Origin: Candidatus Lustribacter sp.
GTDB lineage: Bacteria > Vulcanimicrobiota > Vulcanimicrobiia > Vulcanimicrobiales > Vulcanimicrobiaceae
Assembly: GCA_965277805.1 (NCBI GenBank)
Contig: OZ255842.1
Span: forward strand, 2,400,001-2,464,000
Length of the DNA stretch: 64,000 nt
Reading direction: 5' to 3'
The translations under genes were made by a program, and so were the position numbers. The notes under the pieces are model-generated. The model was given only the letters and a program-made list of their open reading frames with translations. It had not been told where the DNA came from and searched no databases. Each line of letters opens with the position of its first letter. Position 1 is the stretch's first letter. Shown here one piece after another: positions 38,280 to 48,047 of the stretch.

Positions 38280-39926
38280 ATGATACCGGCAAGCATCGCT
38301 CTCGCACGCATTCTCAAAGCGGAGGGAACGGAGTACCTCTTCTGCTTCCCGACCACCGAGATCATCGAGGCGGCAGCGATCGAAGGCATCCGCGTGATAA
38401 CGTGCCGCACCGAACGGACCGTCGGGCACATGGCCGACGCGTATACGCGCGTGCAGAACGGCAAGAAAATCGGCGTGTGTGCGGTGCAGGCCGGGCCTGG
38501 TACCGAAAGCGCCTTCGTCGGTTTCGCTCAGGCCTACGCCGATTCATCGCCCATCCTCATGATTACCGACGCGGCGAAACGCAATCGCGTCGGGCTGCCG
38601 TCGCTCTCGGATACGGTCGGCAACTATCACGGGATCACGAAGTGGGCCGATACGATCAACACACCCGATCGCGTGGCGTCGATGGCGTCGCGCGCGTTCA
38701 CGAAACTGCGCAACGGCCGGCGCCGTCCGGTCTTGCTCGGGCTTCCGGGCGACGTCGCCGACGAGCAGATCGACGAAACCAAAATGCGCTACGTGCCGGT
38801 GCGTTCGTATGCGAGCGCGGGCGATACGCACGACGTTGCCAAGGCGATCGAGTTGCTGCAAAAGGCGCGCAAGCCGATGTTTTATGTCGGCCAGGGCGTG
38901 CTATGGGCCGATGCCGCTCCGGAATTACTCGAACTCGCGGAACTGCTCCACGTTCCGGTCATGACGACCAACCTTGCCAAAGGCGTCTTTCCCGAAGAAC
39001 ATCCGCTCTCGCTCGGCAGTGCCGGCGCTGAAGTCACCGGGATGAACGATCACTTCCTGCGCGAGAGCGACCTCGCGTTTTGCCTCGGCGCGAGCCTAAC
39101 GCAATCGCTGGCTGCGATCGCAATCCCGCGCGGCAAGACGATCGTGCACTGCACCGACGACGCGAGCGACCTCAATACCGAATATCACAACACCGAGCAT
39201 GCCGTCATCGGCGACATGAAGATCGTGTTGCGTCAGCTCATCGACGAGGCCCGTGAACGCGGCGGACGGCCGGACGACGGTGCTGCCGCGGAAATCGCCA
39301 AACTGCGCGAGTCTTGGATGGCGCAATGGATGCCGAAGCTGACGTCGGACGAAAACCCGATCGGACCGTACCGCGTCATTTGGGACCTCATGAACACGAT
39401 CGACCGCAGCAAGTCGATCGTCACCCATGATTCCGGCACACCCCGCTCGCACCTCACGCCGTTCTACAACGCTCCGCTGCCGCGCACGTTCTTGGGTTGG
39501 GGCAACGCGCACCAGTTGGGTTCGTCGCTTCCGCTGATCATGGGCGCGAAGATGGCCGCGCCGGAAAAGCTGGCCGTTGCGTTCATGGGGGATGCGGCCT
39601 TCGGCATGTCCGCGATGGACATGGAAACGGCCGTTCGCGAGGGCGTTCCCGTGTTGGCGATCGTGATGAACAACTCGTGGATGTCGACCTATTCCAAACG
39701 CATCCCGGAAGCGACGAAGCGCTATAAGGTCGGCTACATGTGCGCAAATTACACGGATGTGGCGCGGGGCTTGGGCTGCCACGGCGAACGCGTCGAACAG
39801 CCGGCGGACATCATTCCGGCGCTCAAACGGGCGATTGCTGCCACCGAGAACGGTCAGCCCGCCGTGCTCGAGGTCATGTCAAAAGTGGAATACTCCTCGT
39901 CGCGTTTCGGCGCTACCGGCCCGTAG
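38280..39926 (+). CDS. ThDP-dependent enzyme (acetolactate synthase-like family)
   Basis: RTERTVGHMADAY catalytic Glu region, QAGPG, GDAAFGM...NN ThDP motif. Confidence 0.92.
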   Translation: MIPASIALARILKAEGTEYLFCFPTTEIIEAAAIEGIRVITCRTERTVGHMADAYTRVQNGKKIGVCAVQAGPGTESAFVGFAQAYADSSPILMITDAAKRNRVGLPSLSDTVGNYHGITKWADTINTPDRVASMASRAFTKLRNGRRRPVLLGLPGDVADEQIDETKMRYVPVRSYASAGDTHDVAKAIELLQKARKPMFYVGQGVLWADAAPELLELAELLHVPVMTTNLAKGVFPEEHPLSLGSAGAEVTGMNDHFLRESDLAFCLGASLTQSLAAIAIPRGKTIVHCTDDASDLNTEYHNTEHAVIGDMKIVLRQLIDEARERGGRPDDGAAAEIAKLRESWMAQWMPKLTSDENPIGPYRVIWDLMNTIDRSKSIVTHDSGTPRSHLTPFYNAPLPRTFLGWGNAHQLGSSLPLIMGAKMAAPEKLAVAFMGDAAFGMSAMDMETAVREGVPVLAIVMNNSWMSTYSKRIPEATKRYKVGYMCANYTDVARGLGCHGERVEQPADIIPALKRAIAATENGQPAVLEVMSKVEYSSSRFGATGP

Positions 39927-40872
39927 ACGCGACGAGGTAATTCGCAAAGAGGTCGGCCGCCGGTACGGCCGACGATAAGACACCGTACTTGGCGGCGGCA
40001 TTAATCAGCGGCTGCGCGAGCGGAATTGCATTTCGCCGCTCGGGATAGGGAGCGTGCGACATCGCGCGTATTGTGGCAACCTCCATCTTGAGATAGGGGG
40101 CCGTAATCGCCGCCGCTTTGGCGCTGTTGCGATCGCACCATTCTTCTGCTTGGATGAGCGCCTCGTTGAAGCGTTGGCCCACGTCGCGGTTTTGCTCGGC
40201 CCACGATGTCGTTGCCGCCCAGCCGCTGATGAGGACTGTATCCCCGATGGCGTTGTACGCATAACCGAGGTTTTGCGATGTCGGCCACGCCCGCTGCATC
40301 GCCGGCTCGGCGATCATCGCCGCATCGACTTGACGTGTCTGCAGCATCGCCGGCATCAAGTCGAACGACATTTCAATGAATCGTGCCGTGCTCGAATCGC
40401 CGCCGTTCGCATCGATCCAAAGCCGCGCACCGATATAGCCCAATCCCTTGAGATTGCTCGTTGCGATGGTTTTCCCGTTCAAATCGCGTGCGGTCTTGAT
40501 CGCCGATCCCTTCGGAACGAGCAGCGCATCGGCCGGCGAGGACGATGAATAGAATGAACTCAGCGCAACGAAGACCAGCGGAATGCCTTTCTCACGGGCC
40601 TGCGCCATCGAGACGATATTGACCGACACGATGTCGAGCGCACCCGCCACGAGTCCGGCCGTCGCCGCCGAGCCGCCGTTCGCTACTTGAGGAACGACCG
40701 TCAGGTTGCTCTTTTGAAAAAAGCCCTGTTCCTGAGCGACGTAAAACGGTTGCAGCGTGTTGACCGGCTCGAACGACACGCGCAAGGTTCGCGTGTCGGC
40801 CCTCGCCACGCCGCGGGCCAATCCGCCCAGAGCGACTGCGGCAAGACTGCGAACGGCGGTAACGCGTTTCAT
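39913..40872 (-). CDS. SsuA/NMT1-like substrate-binding protein
   Basis: Signal peptide, VAQEQGFF, WIDANGGDS, IAEP. Confidence 0.88.
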   Translation of the reverse strand: MKRVTAVRSLAAVALGGLARGVARADTRTLRVSFEPVNTLQPFYVAQEQGFFQKSNLTVVPQVANGGSAATAGLVAGALDIVSVNIVSMAQAREKGIPLVFVALSSFYSSSSPADALLVPKGSAIKTARDLNGKTIATSNLKGLGYIGARLWIDANGGDSSTARFIEMSFDLMPAMLQTRQVDAAMIAEPAMQRAWPTSQNLGYAYNAIGDTVLISGWAATTSWAEQNRDVGQRFNEALIQAEEWCDRNSAKAAAITAPYLKMEVATIRAMSHAPYPERRNAIPLAQPLINAAAKYGVLSSAVPAADLFANYLVASTGR

Positions 40873-40925
40873 GGGTTGCCGTTAATTGCTTGCGCCGCTT
40901 TCACCTACTGCGGTAAAATCAACCG

Positions 40926-42062
40926 ATGAAGCAGCATGACGAGCAGCATCAGTCACGGCTCGATCTTCTCGTCCAGACCGGGCCGGAAACGCTGATGGGG
41001 AAGCTGCTGCGGACATTTTGGCATCCCGTCGCCATCGCCGGCACGTTGGCCGCCGGCCAAGCCCGTCCGCTGCGAATTCTGTCCGAGGACCTGACGCTGT
41101 TTCGCGGCGCGAGCGGCACTCCGTTTCTGATCGGCGCCCGCTGTGCGCACCGCTGCACGCAACTCCACACCGGTTGGGTCGAAGACGATCAGATCCGCTG
41201 CATGTATCATGGTTGGCGTTACGACGGTGACGGGCAATGTACGGAAATGCCCGCCGAAGCGCACGCGAAACCGGAAGCCGTGAAAATCGAAGGCTATCCC
41301 GTGCGCGAGTATGCCGGCTTGATCTTCGCCTACATGGGCGACTCGCCGGCACCGTCGTTCGAGCTCGTTCGAAATCCGGTTCTCGAAGACCCGGCCCTGG
41401 ACACCTCGCCCCACGAAGAGGTCTGGGACTGCAACTGGTTTCAGCAAATCGAGAACTCGCTCGATTCAACCCACTTGAGCTTCGTTCATCAATGGCCGAA
41501 CGCCACGCGGCTCGGCGCGGAAATCGGTGCGGCGATTCCCGAACTCCATTACGAGGAAACCTCATCGGGCATCCGTCAAACGGCAATTCGCCCGTCCGGC
41601 GTCCGCATCAGCAATTGGACGTTTCCCAATTGCAACAACGTGCTCGGAGCCCCGGCACGACCGGGCGATCCTTGGTCGACGACCGTGGCGTGGCAAGTAC
41701 CGATCGACGATGAAAACACACTTCGTATCACGATGAAGTCATATCCCGGCGGCGAGACCGGCGCGGGCATCCGCGCCAACGGCGGCGTGTTTGAAAGCAA
41801 GGTGATGGAGTCCGCCGATATTCTCTTCAACGAACACCGCCTGCCGAATCATGGGCCGGCCGATCTCGTGCGCGACCAAGACTACGCCGCCGTCCGCGGA
41901 CAGTCACGAATTCACGACCGCAAACAAGAACATCTCGGCGCGTCAGACGCCGGAATCGCGCTCGCACGCCGCATCTTCTTTCGCGAAATGGAAGCCATCC
42001 GAACCGGTTCCGCGACGAAGCAATGGACGAAGTCGCAAGAGCCGGTGGTGCTGAGCCGCTAG
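40926..42062 (+). CDS. Rieske oxygenase alpha subunit (paralog C)
   Basis: CAHRC...CMYHGW; ENSLDSTHLSFVH; QDYAAVRGQ. Confidence 0.92.
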   Translation: MKQHDEQHQSRLDLLVQTGPETLMGKLLRTFWHPVAIAGTLAAGQARPLRILSEDLTLFRGASGTPFLIGARCAHRCTQLHTGWVEDDQIRCMYHGWRYDGDGQCTEMPAEAHAKPEAVKIEGYPVREYAGLIFAYMGDSPAPSFELVRNPVLEDPALDTSPHEEVWDCNWFQQIENSLDSTHLSFVHQWPNATRLGAEIGAAIPELHYEETSSGIRQTAIRPSGVRISNWTFPNCNNVLGAPARPGDPWSTTVAWQVPIDDENTLRITMKSYPGGETGAGIRANGGVFESKVMESADILFNEHRLPNHGPADLVRDQDYAAVRGQSRIHDRKQEHLGASDAGIALARRIFFREMEAIRTGSATKQWTKSQEPVVLSR

Positions 42063-43009
42063 AACTTTGCGATCAGATCGCTCGCCTTGAGCTGGCGGCC
42101 GATGTATTTGTATTTGTAGCCGAGGTCGAGATAGGGCTGCAGCATGTCGGGCGTGAGCGTGGTTCCATACGGTGCGCGGCCCATCGTGCGCACGACGTCC
42201 GGATCGAGCTTCGCATATTTGGCCAAGCTCGCGGCACTCTCGTCGGGATGACCGTTCGCCCACACGGCGGTGGAGTAGATCGTCGTGCGCAGCCGCCGCA
42301 TCAGCGCTGCATTTGCCGTGAGGTATTCCGGCCGCGCAAACCAGCCGCCCACCATGAAATGCTTGCCGTACACGTCCATCGGATGACCGATGATGCGCAG
42401 GCCGCCTTCTTTCATCACCGTGCTGAGCGTCGGCTCGGCGATCGGAACCGCGGCGACCGTGCCGCGTTTGAGCGCCGGCGCCATCGCCGAGAACGGCAGC
42501 TCGACCAAATGCACCGTCGATGAATCGCCGCCGTTCTGATCGATCCACGCTACGACGTGCAGCGAATTCGAATCGCGGATTGCCGTCGTGCCGATCGTCT
42601 TGCCGTTGAGGTCTTTGGCTTGCTGGATCGGGGAATCGGCCGCGACGCACAACGCCACTTCAGCCGGATTATAGGTGGCCGCGACGGCGAAGAATACGAA
42701 CGGCACGCCGTGTTCGTACGCATTGGCGAGCGAGATCGCGTTCGTGATGCCGACGTCGATCGCATTGCCGGCGAGCGCCGCCGTCACGCCGGCCCCGGTC
42801 GCAAACGGCTCGACGGTCACATTGAGCCCGTCGCGCGTGAAAAACCCGCGGTCTTCGGCATAGAACGGCTCGGCGTATGAGTCGTTCGGGGTTGACCCGA
42901 TGCGAATCAAGGGCGCCCCGGGCGTTTGCGCGTTCGCAGCCGCGCCGAGCGAGAGCTGCGCGGCGATCATCGCCAAGAATGACGAGCGGGCATGCTTCAC
43001 GATTGACAA
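42059..43009 (-). CDS. SsuA/NMT1-like substrate-binding protein
   Basis: Signal peptide, YAEDRGFF, WIDQNGGDS..VHLVELPF, IAEP; start may be the GTG three codons in. Confidence 0.88.
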   Translation of the reverse strand: MSIVKHARSSFLAMIAAQLSLGAAANAQTPGAPLIRIGSTPNDSYAEPFYAEDRGFFTRDGLNVTVEPFATGAGVTAALAGNAIDVGITNAISLANAYEHGVPFVFFAVAATYNPAEVALCVAADSPIQQAKDLNGKTIGTTAIRDSNSLHVVAWIDQNGGDSSTVHLVELPFSAMAPALKRGTVAAVPIAEPTLSTVMKEGGLRIIGHPMDVYGKHFMVGGWFARPEYLTANAALMRRLRTTIYSTAVWANGHPDESAASLAKYAKLDPDVVRTMGRAPYGTTLTPDMLQPYLDLGYKYKYIGRQLKASDLIAKF

Positions 43010-43037
43010 GACCTCCGTGCTCCGGCATTCTGAACCC

Positions 43038-43757
43038 GTGATACAAACGGTTCGGGTTGATGTGAGCGACGGAACGGAGATGATCCTTCACGTTGCAAAG
43101 CCGGCCTCCGGCGCGACGGGCAGCGGCATTCTGGTGCTGCAAGAAGCGTACGGCGTCAATGGCTGGTTGATTTCAGTGGCTGAACGCTTCGCTGGACTCG
43201 GCTTCGTCGCGGTCGCACCCGAACTCTATCACCGCAGTGGCCACGGCAGCGTGCTCTCGTACGACGCAACCAGCGAAGATCGCTTGCCGTTCCGCAAAGC
43301 AGTAACGGCCGAGGGCCTAGGACTCGACATGCGCGCGGCTTACGACTGGCTCGCAAGCGCAAGCGGCGGCGGGGTAGATCCGAAACGCCTCGGCGCGGTC
43401 GGGTTCTGCATGGGCGGACGGACGGCATTTCTGGCCAACGCGCACGTGCCGCTCGCCGCCGCGATCTCGTTCTACGGCGGCAATATCCCGCAGTGGTTCG
43501 ATCTCGTGCCGCGCCAGCACGGGCCGCTCTTGATGTTTTGGGGCGAGAAAGACGAAAATATCTCGCGCGAACAGCGGCGCCAGGTTGCCGACACGCTCAA
43601 CGCGGCCGGTATCGTGCACACCCAAGCGGTTTTCTCGGAGGCCGGTCACGGATTTTTCCGCGACGTGCGCGACGATGCGTACGAGCCGCGGGCCGCAGGA
43701 CAGGCTTGGGCGATGAGTGTAGAGTTTCTCCGTCAGAACGGTTTGCTCGCAAACTAG
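43038..43757 (+). CDS. Dienelactone hydrolase family protein
   Basis: LQEAYGV, GFCMGG, AGHGF; GTG start at 43038. Confidence 0.92.
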   Translation: MIQTVRVDVSDGTEMILHVAKPASGATGSGILVLQEAYGVNGWLISVAERFAGLGFVAVAPELYHRSGHGSVLSYDATSEDRLPFRKAVTAEGLGLDMRAAYDWLASASGGGVDPKRLGAVGFCMGGRTAFLANAHVPLAAAISFYGGNIPQWFDLVPRQHGPLLMFWGEKDENISREQRRQVADTLNAAGIVHTQAVFSEAGHGFFRDVRDDAYEPRAAGQAWAMSVEFLRQNGLLAN

Positions 43758-43769
43758 TGGAGAAGTGAT

Positions 43770-44303
43770 ATGCCCAGCTTTACGTGGAGTCCCGAACAAA
43801 TCGAAGCGTTTGAGAAGAAACTGGCGACGCGCCCGCACTTCTGCCGCTTCAACCACGTGAGCTTGTACGTGAAGGACGTCGAGCTGTCGACGAAGTTCTA
43901 CGCCGAAGTTCTCGGCGGCCGCATCGTCAACCAGGGCACCCCGAACTTTGCCGAAGTCGACGTCGCCGGAACGGTCATCGGTTTGAGCGACGTGCGCGGC
44001 GCCGTCGCCGCCGCCGATGCTGAATTTCCGCACATCGCCTTCCAGGTCGAGTCGGAGCACTTTCTCCCGATGAAGAAATGGCTCGAAGATCACGGCGTGA
44101 AGACGCACGCGCCCTGGACCCGCCACCACGTCGAAGGCTTGATGTACTTCAAAGACCCCTCCGGCAACCTTATCGAGATGTACTGCCCAAAATTCGCGGG
44201 CGCCAAGGACTTGCAGAAGTCCGGCACGATCATCGGCGTCGCCGATCTCACGCAACTCGACTACGAGTGGGATCCGAAGTTCGTCGACGCCGTGCTCTCG
44301 TGA
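43770..44303 (+). CDS. VOC/glyoxalase family protein
   Basis: FNHVSLYVKD, PHIAF, YFKDPSGNLIEM. Confidence 0.88.
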   Translation: MPSFTWSPEQIEAFEKKLATRPHFCRFNHVSLYVKDVELSTKFYAEVLGGRIVNQGTPNFAEVDVAGTVIGLSDVRGAVAAADAEFPHIAFQVESEHFLPMKKWLEDHGVKTHAPWTRHHVEGLMYFKDPSGNLIEMYCPKFAGAKDLQKSGTIIGVADLTQLDYEWDPKFVDAVLS

Positions 44304-45235
44304 ACCGCCGGGGTCTGATCGGCGCGGGCAGCGCGGCCCTGCTTGCGGGATCGCGCACGCCCGTCCGCGCGCAAACGCCGTCGTCGATTCGCATCGGCAT
44401 CAACCTCAACGATTCGAGCTTGGGGCCCGCCTACGCGGTCGAGCAAGGCCTCTTTCAAAAGGCCGGCCTGAACGTCGAGCTGCAGAACTTCTCGAACACC
44501 AACACCACGGCCCAAGCGATCGTCGCCGGCGCGCTTGACGTCGGCGTCGTTGACTGCGTCGCGGTTGCCAACGCCTTCATTCACGGCTTTCCGCTGGCGG
44601 CGTTTGCCGGCGGCTGCCTGTTCGCGAAGTCGAGCCCCACGCTGGTGATGGTCACCGCGAAGAGCAGCGCCGTCCACGGCCCACGCGATCTGGAGAATCA
44701 GACCGTCGCCGTACCCGCCCTCAAGGGCCTTAGCGCGAGCATGGCGATCGAATGGCTGCGCGTCAACGGTGCCGATCCGGCCAAGGTGAAGTTTCTCGAG
44801 CTGCCCTTTCCCGACATGAACACCGGCCTCGAACGGGGCACGATCGCGGCAGCGCTGCAAGGCGAGCCGTTCTTGAGCAACGCGAAAGCCGAGCAACGCG
44901 CGCTCGGCGTGCCGTTCGAAGCGATGGGCAAGCCGTTCTACATCAACGTCTACGCCGCGTCGCGCGACTGGCTCGCCGGCAACACCGCGACCGCACACAA
45001 GCTGGTAGGCATCCTCTACGACGTCGCGCGCTGGGTCAACACGCACCGCCCGGAATCGGCCACGATCGAGAGCCGCCTGACGAAGTTGCCGCTCGACGTT
45101 GCGCAAACGATGGCCCGCAACGTCTTCGCCACATCGTTCGACCCCCAACTCCTCGACCCGATCCTCAACGTCGCCGTCCGCTACCAGCTCACCTCACGCG
45201 CCGTGCACGCGCAAGAGATCGCCTTCCCCGTCTAG
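44300..45235 (+). CDS. SsuA/NMT1-like substrate-binding protein with Tat-like signal
   Basis: (M)NRRGLIG, YAVEQGLFQKAGL, VKFLELPF, GEPF. Confidence 0.88.
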   Translation: MNRRGLIGAGSAALLAGSRTPVRAQTPSSIRIGINLNDSSLGPAYAVEQGLFQKAGLNVELQNFSNTNTTAQAIVAGALDVGVVDCVAVANAFIHGFPLAAFAGGCLFAKSSPTLVMVTAKSSAVHGPRDLENQTVAVPALKGLSASMAIEWLRVNGADPAKVKFLELPFPDMNTGLERGTIAAALQGEPFLSNAKAEQRALGVPFEAMGKPFYINVYAASRDWLAGNTATAHKLVGILYDVARWVNTHRPESATIESRLTKLPLDVAQTMARNVFATSFDPQLLDPILNVAVRYQLTSRAVHAQEIAFPV

Positions 45236-45238
45236 CGC

Positions 45239-46504
45239 TTAGGGCGTGACGGGCGTGCGCCAGACGTCGTGCGGGTTTTCGCCCGCGGGCACGCGCGCGC
45301 TGCGCACGACGAGATCGCGACACGGGTTCGCCGTTTGCGAATCGGTCATGAGCGGAAGGCCGCCGTTGCTCACGATCTCGATGTTCGCCAGCATCTGGCG
45401 GCGCATCGCGATCAAGCCCTTATCGGTCGTCGCCAGATGTTCGGTCGTGCGGTCGAGCACGCTTCCCTGGCTCTCGACGGCAAAGCGGTCGTGGTCCTGA
45501 AAATTCCGGCCCATGCCGGTGAACGTACGCGAGTGCTGTTCGTCGCGGTTTTGCATATAGCGATTGCGCGCGGCGCGCGGCCGCTCGTACGATGATTCCG
45601 AGGTGAAGTCGTTCTGCGAGCGCTCGAGAAACGCCACGTCGACCGGGCCGTCGAGGCGAAACATGATGCGGTACTTCCAATGCGTGACGTCGTCGATCGG
45701 AATGTGAAAGTGCAGGCTGTAGTGCAGGTTCTCATCGAGCTGCTGCACCTTCGGATCGACGACGTGTCCGGCCGGAAATGCCGACCCGTTTGGCATGATG
45801 AAGTTGCTGACGCGCACGTACTTCTCACCCTCGCCCGTATCGCGAATCGCATACAGACGTAGGCCGTATGGCGTTTCCTCGACGTCGATCTGCGGCGCGG
45901 CATCGATGCTCGTGAGCACATGGCTCTGGCGCGGCGGACCGTCGAACTCGAAGGTGCGGTGCAAGAACGAGAGATGCTGCGGGTCGACGTTGCCTTCGTT
46001 ACCCTGCAGGTAGTTGCACTCGTGCAGAAGTTTCGTTGCCCAGCTCTGCTCGCGCGGCGCAACGAGCCACGGGAGATCGGGAAGCGGCGGCGGTTCGCCG
46101 GGACCAAGATACGCCCAGATGATGCCGCCGGCATCGCGCGCCGGATAGGCCGGCTGCTTGATGCGCGCGCGATACGTGCTCTCGGCCGGCTCGCCGGGCT
46201 GTTCCAAGCACGTGCCGTCGCCGCCGAAGCGCCAGCCGTGATAGAGGCAGCGCAGCGTCCCGTTCTCGACGCGCCCGTAACTCAGATCGGCTTTGCGATG
46301 CGTGCAGTGCAGATCGAGCATCGCCGGCGCGCCGTTCGCATCGCGAAAGAGCACGAAGTCTTCGGAGAGCAAGCGCGTGTAGATCGGATCGGCGCCGAGT
46401 TCGTTCGAAAGCGCGGCGGGTTGCCAGTAGCGGCGCATGAACGCTCCGCCCGGCGTACCCGGACCGGTTTGCGTCAGCAGCGCATTTTCTTCAGCGGTAA
46501 GCAC
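45239..46504 (-). CDS. Rieske oxygenase alpha subunit (LigX/phthalate dioxygenase-like)
   Basis: (M)LTAEENALLTQTGPGTP, CTHR...CLYHGW, EGNVDPQHLSFLH. Confidence 0.92.
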   Translation of the reverse strand: MLTAEENALLTQTGPGTPGGAFMRRYWQPAALSNELGADPIYTRLLSEDFVLFRDANGAPAMLDLHCTHRKADLSYGRVENGTLRCLYHGWRFGGDGTCLEQPGEPAESTYRARIKQPAYPARDAGGIIWAYLGPGEPPPLPDLPWLVAPREQSWATKLLHECNYLQGNEGNVDPQHLSFLHRTFEFDGPPRQSHVLTSIDAAPQIDVEETPYGLRLYAIRDTGEGEKYVRVSNFIMPNGSAFPAGHVVDPKVQQLDENLHYSLHFHIPIDDVTHWKYRIMFRLDGPVDVAFLERSQNDFTSESSYERPRAARNRYMQNRDEQHSRTFTGMGRNFQDHDRFAVESQGSVLDRTTEHLATTDKGLIAMRRQMLANIEIVSNGGLPLMTDSQTANPCRDLVVRSARVPAGENPHDVWRTPVTP

Positions 46505-46563
46505 AGCGTTTATTGCTTGAAGCGGACCGGGCACGGCACCTGCCCGCGGCGAAGGCAGCCGCG

Positions 46564-47502
46564 ATGATTCGCATGAACCGCCGCCACGCACTGGCCTTGG
46601 GGACGACGGCGCTCGCGCTCGGCTTCACACGCACCGCCGGCGCGCAAACCCCCGCGCCGGTGCGCGTGGGCGTGGCCCTCAACGACCCCTACATGGAGGC
46701 GTACTATGCCCGCGACCGCAGCTTCTTCAGCAACGCCGGCGTAACCGTCGACATCCAACCGCTCGCTAACGGCGGCCGGATTCTGCAAGCCGTCGCGGGC
46801 AATGCGATCGACGTCGGCGTCGGCGAACTCACCCAAATCGCCAACGCGATCGAACACGGCGTACCGCTGGCCGTCTTCGCCGGCGGCGCGGTCCAGCGGC
46901 CCGAAGATCCGACGCTGATCTTGTGCGTCGCGAAAGACGCACCCATTCGCAGCGCCAAGGATCTCGAAGGCAAAACAGTTGCGGTGAGCACGCTGAATTC
47001 GCTGCCGGCCGCAGCGACGATGTTGTGGCTCGAGAAGGGCGGCGCTGACCTCTCCAAAGTGAAGCTGTTCGAATTACCGCTCGGCGAAATGGGCTCGGCG
47101 CTCGCGCGCGGCACCGTAGCCGCCGCGCTGATGGGCGAGCCGTTCATCACCGACAACAAAGACGCGATCAAGCATCTCTCCGTGCCGTTCGACAGCGTCG
47201 CGCCGAGCTTCTACATCGGCTGCTGGTATGCGCAGCGCGATTGGCTGACGAAAAACGCGGATACGGCGAAGCGCTTCGCATCCGCGATCTACGCGGCCGG
47301 CGGCTGGGCGAACGCGCATCGTCCCGACTCCGCAGCGATCGAAGCCAACTACGTCAAGCTCGACCTGGCGCGTCTGACCGCGATGCCGCGCAACACGTTC
47401 TCAACCGCGCTCGATCCGAAACTAATGCAGCCGGTGCTCGACCTGGCGCTGCGTTATAAGATGTTGGCGACCCCGCTCTTAGCCGCCAACATCATCGCCT
47501 AA
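46564..47502 (+). CDS. SsuA/NMT1-like substrate-binding protein with Tat signal
   Basis: MNRRHALALG, WLEKGGAD..VKLFELPL, GEPF; start may be 46573. Confidence 0.88.
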   Translation: MIRMNRRHALALGTTALALGFTRTAGAQTPAPVRVGVALNDPYMEAYYARDRSFFSNAGVTVDIQPLANGGRILQAVAGNAIDVGVGELTQIANAIEHGVPLAVFAGGAVQRPEDPTLILCVAKDAPIRSAKDLEGKTVAVSTLNSLPAAATMLWLEKGGADLSKVKLFELPLGEMGSALARGTVAAALMGEPFITDNKDAIKHLSVPFDSVAPSFYIGCWYAQRDWLTKNADTAKRFASAIYAAGGWANAHRPDSAAIEANYVKLDLARLTAMPRNTFSTALDPKLMQPVLDLALRYKMLATPLLAANIIA

Positions 47503-47504
47503 CG

Positions 47505-48047
47505 CTATTTCGCGGGAATGGCCTGAATTTCGAGCGTGACGTCGACGTCGTCGGCGAGCATGAAGCCGCCGTTTGCCAGCGGCTGGTTGAACGTGATGCC
47601 GAAATCGACGCGGTTGATGCGCGTGGTCGCACTCCAGCCGATGCGGTCGTTGCCCCACGGATCGGTGACGTGACCGGCAGCGGTGCCGTTCAGCGTTACG
47701 CTCTTCGTCACGCCGCGCAGCGTGAGGTCGCCCGCAACGGTGAACGTCGAGCCGCTGCCGGTGACCGACGTGCTGACGAACGTCATCTTGCCGTGTTCGC
47801 CGCTGTTGAAAAAGTCGGGCGCTTGCAAGTGACCGTCGCGCTTGGGCTCTTGGGTGTCGACCGACGTCACGTCGATCTCGGCCACGATCTTCGTTGGGAT
47901 GTCGCCGGTCTCGCCGAGCGTGATCGTCCCGGTCAGACCGTGGAACGTGCCGCGGATATTGCTGAGCATCAGATGCCGGATGGCGAAGCTGACGTCCGAG
48001 TGAGCCGGATCGATTGCATACGTCCGGGTCGTGGTGGTGGTTTGCAT
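47505..48047 (-). CDS. YceI-family protein
   Basis: YAIDPAHSDVSFAIRH, RDGHL..PDFF, GDLTLRGVTK, INRVDFGI. Confidence 0.93.
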   Translation of the reverse strand: MQTTTTTRTYAIDPAHSDVSFAIRHLMLSNIRGTFHGLTGTITLGETGDIPTKIVAEIDVTSVDTQEPKRDGHLQAPDFFNSGEHGKMTFVSTSVTGSGSTFTVAGDLTLRGVTKSVTLNGTAAGHVTDPWGNDRIGWSATTRINRVDFGITFNQPLANGGFMLADDVDVTLEIQAIPAK

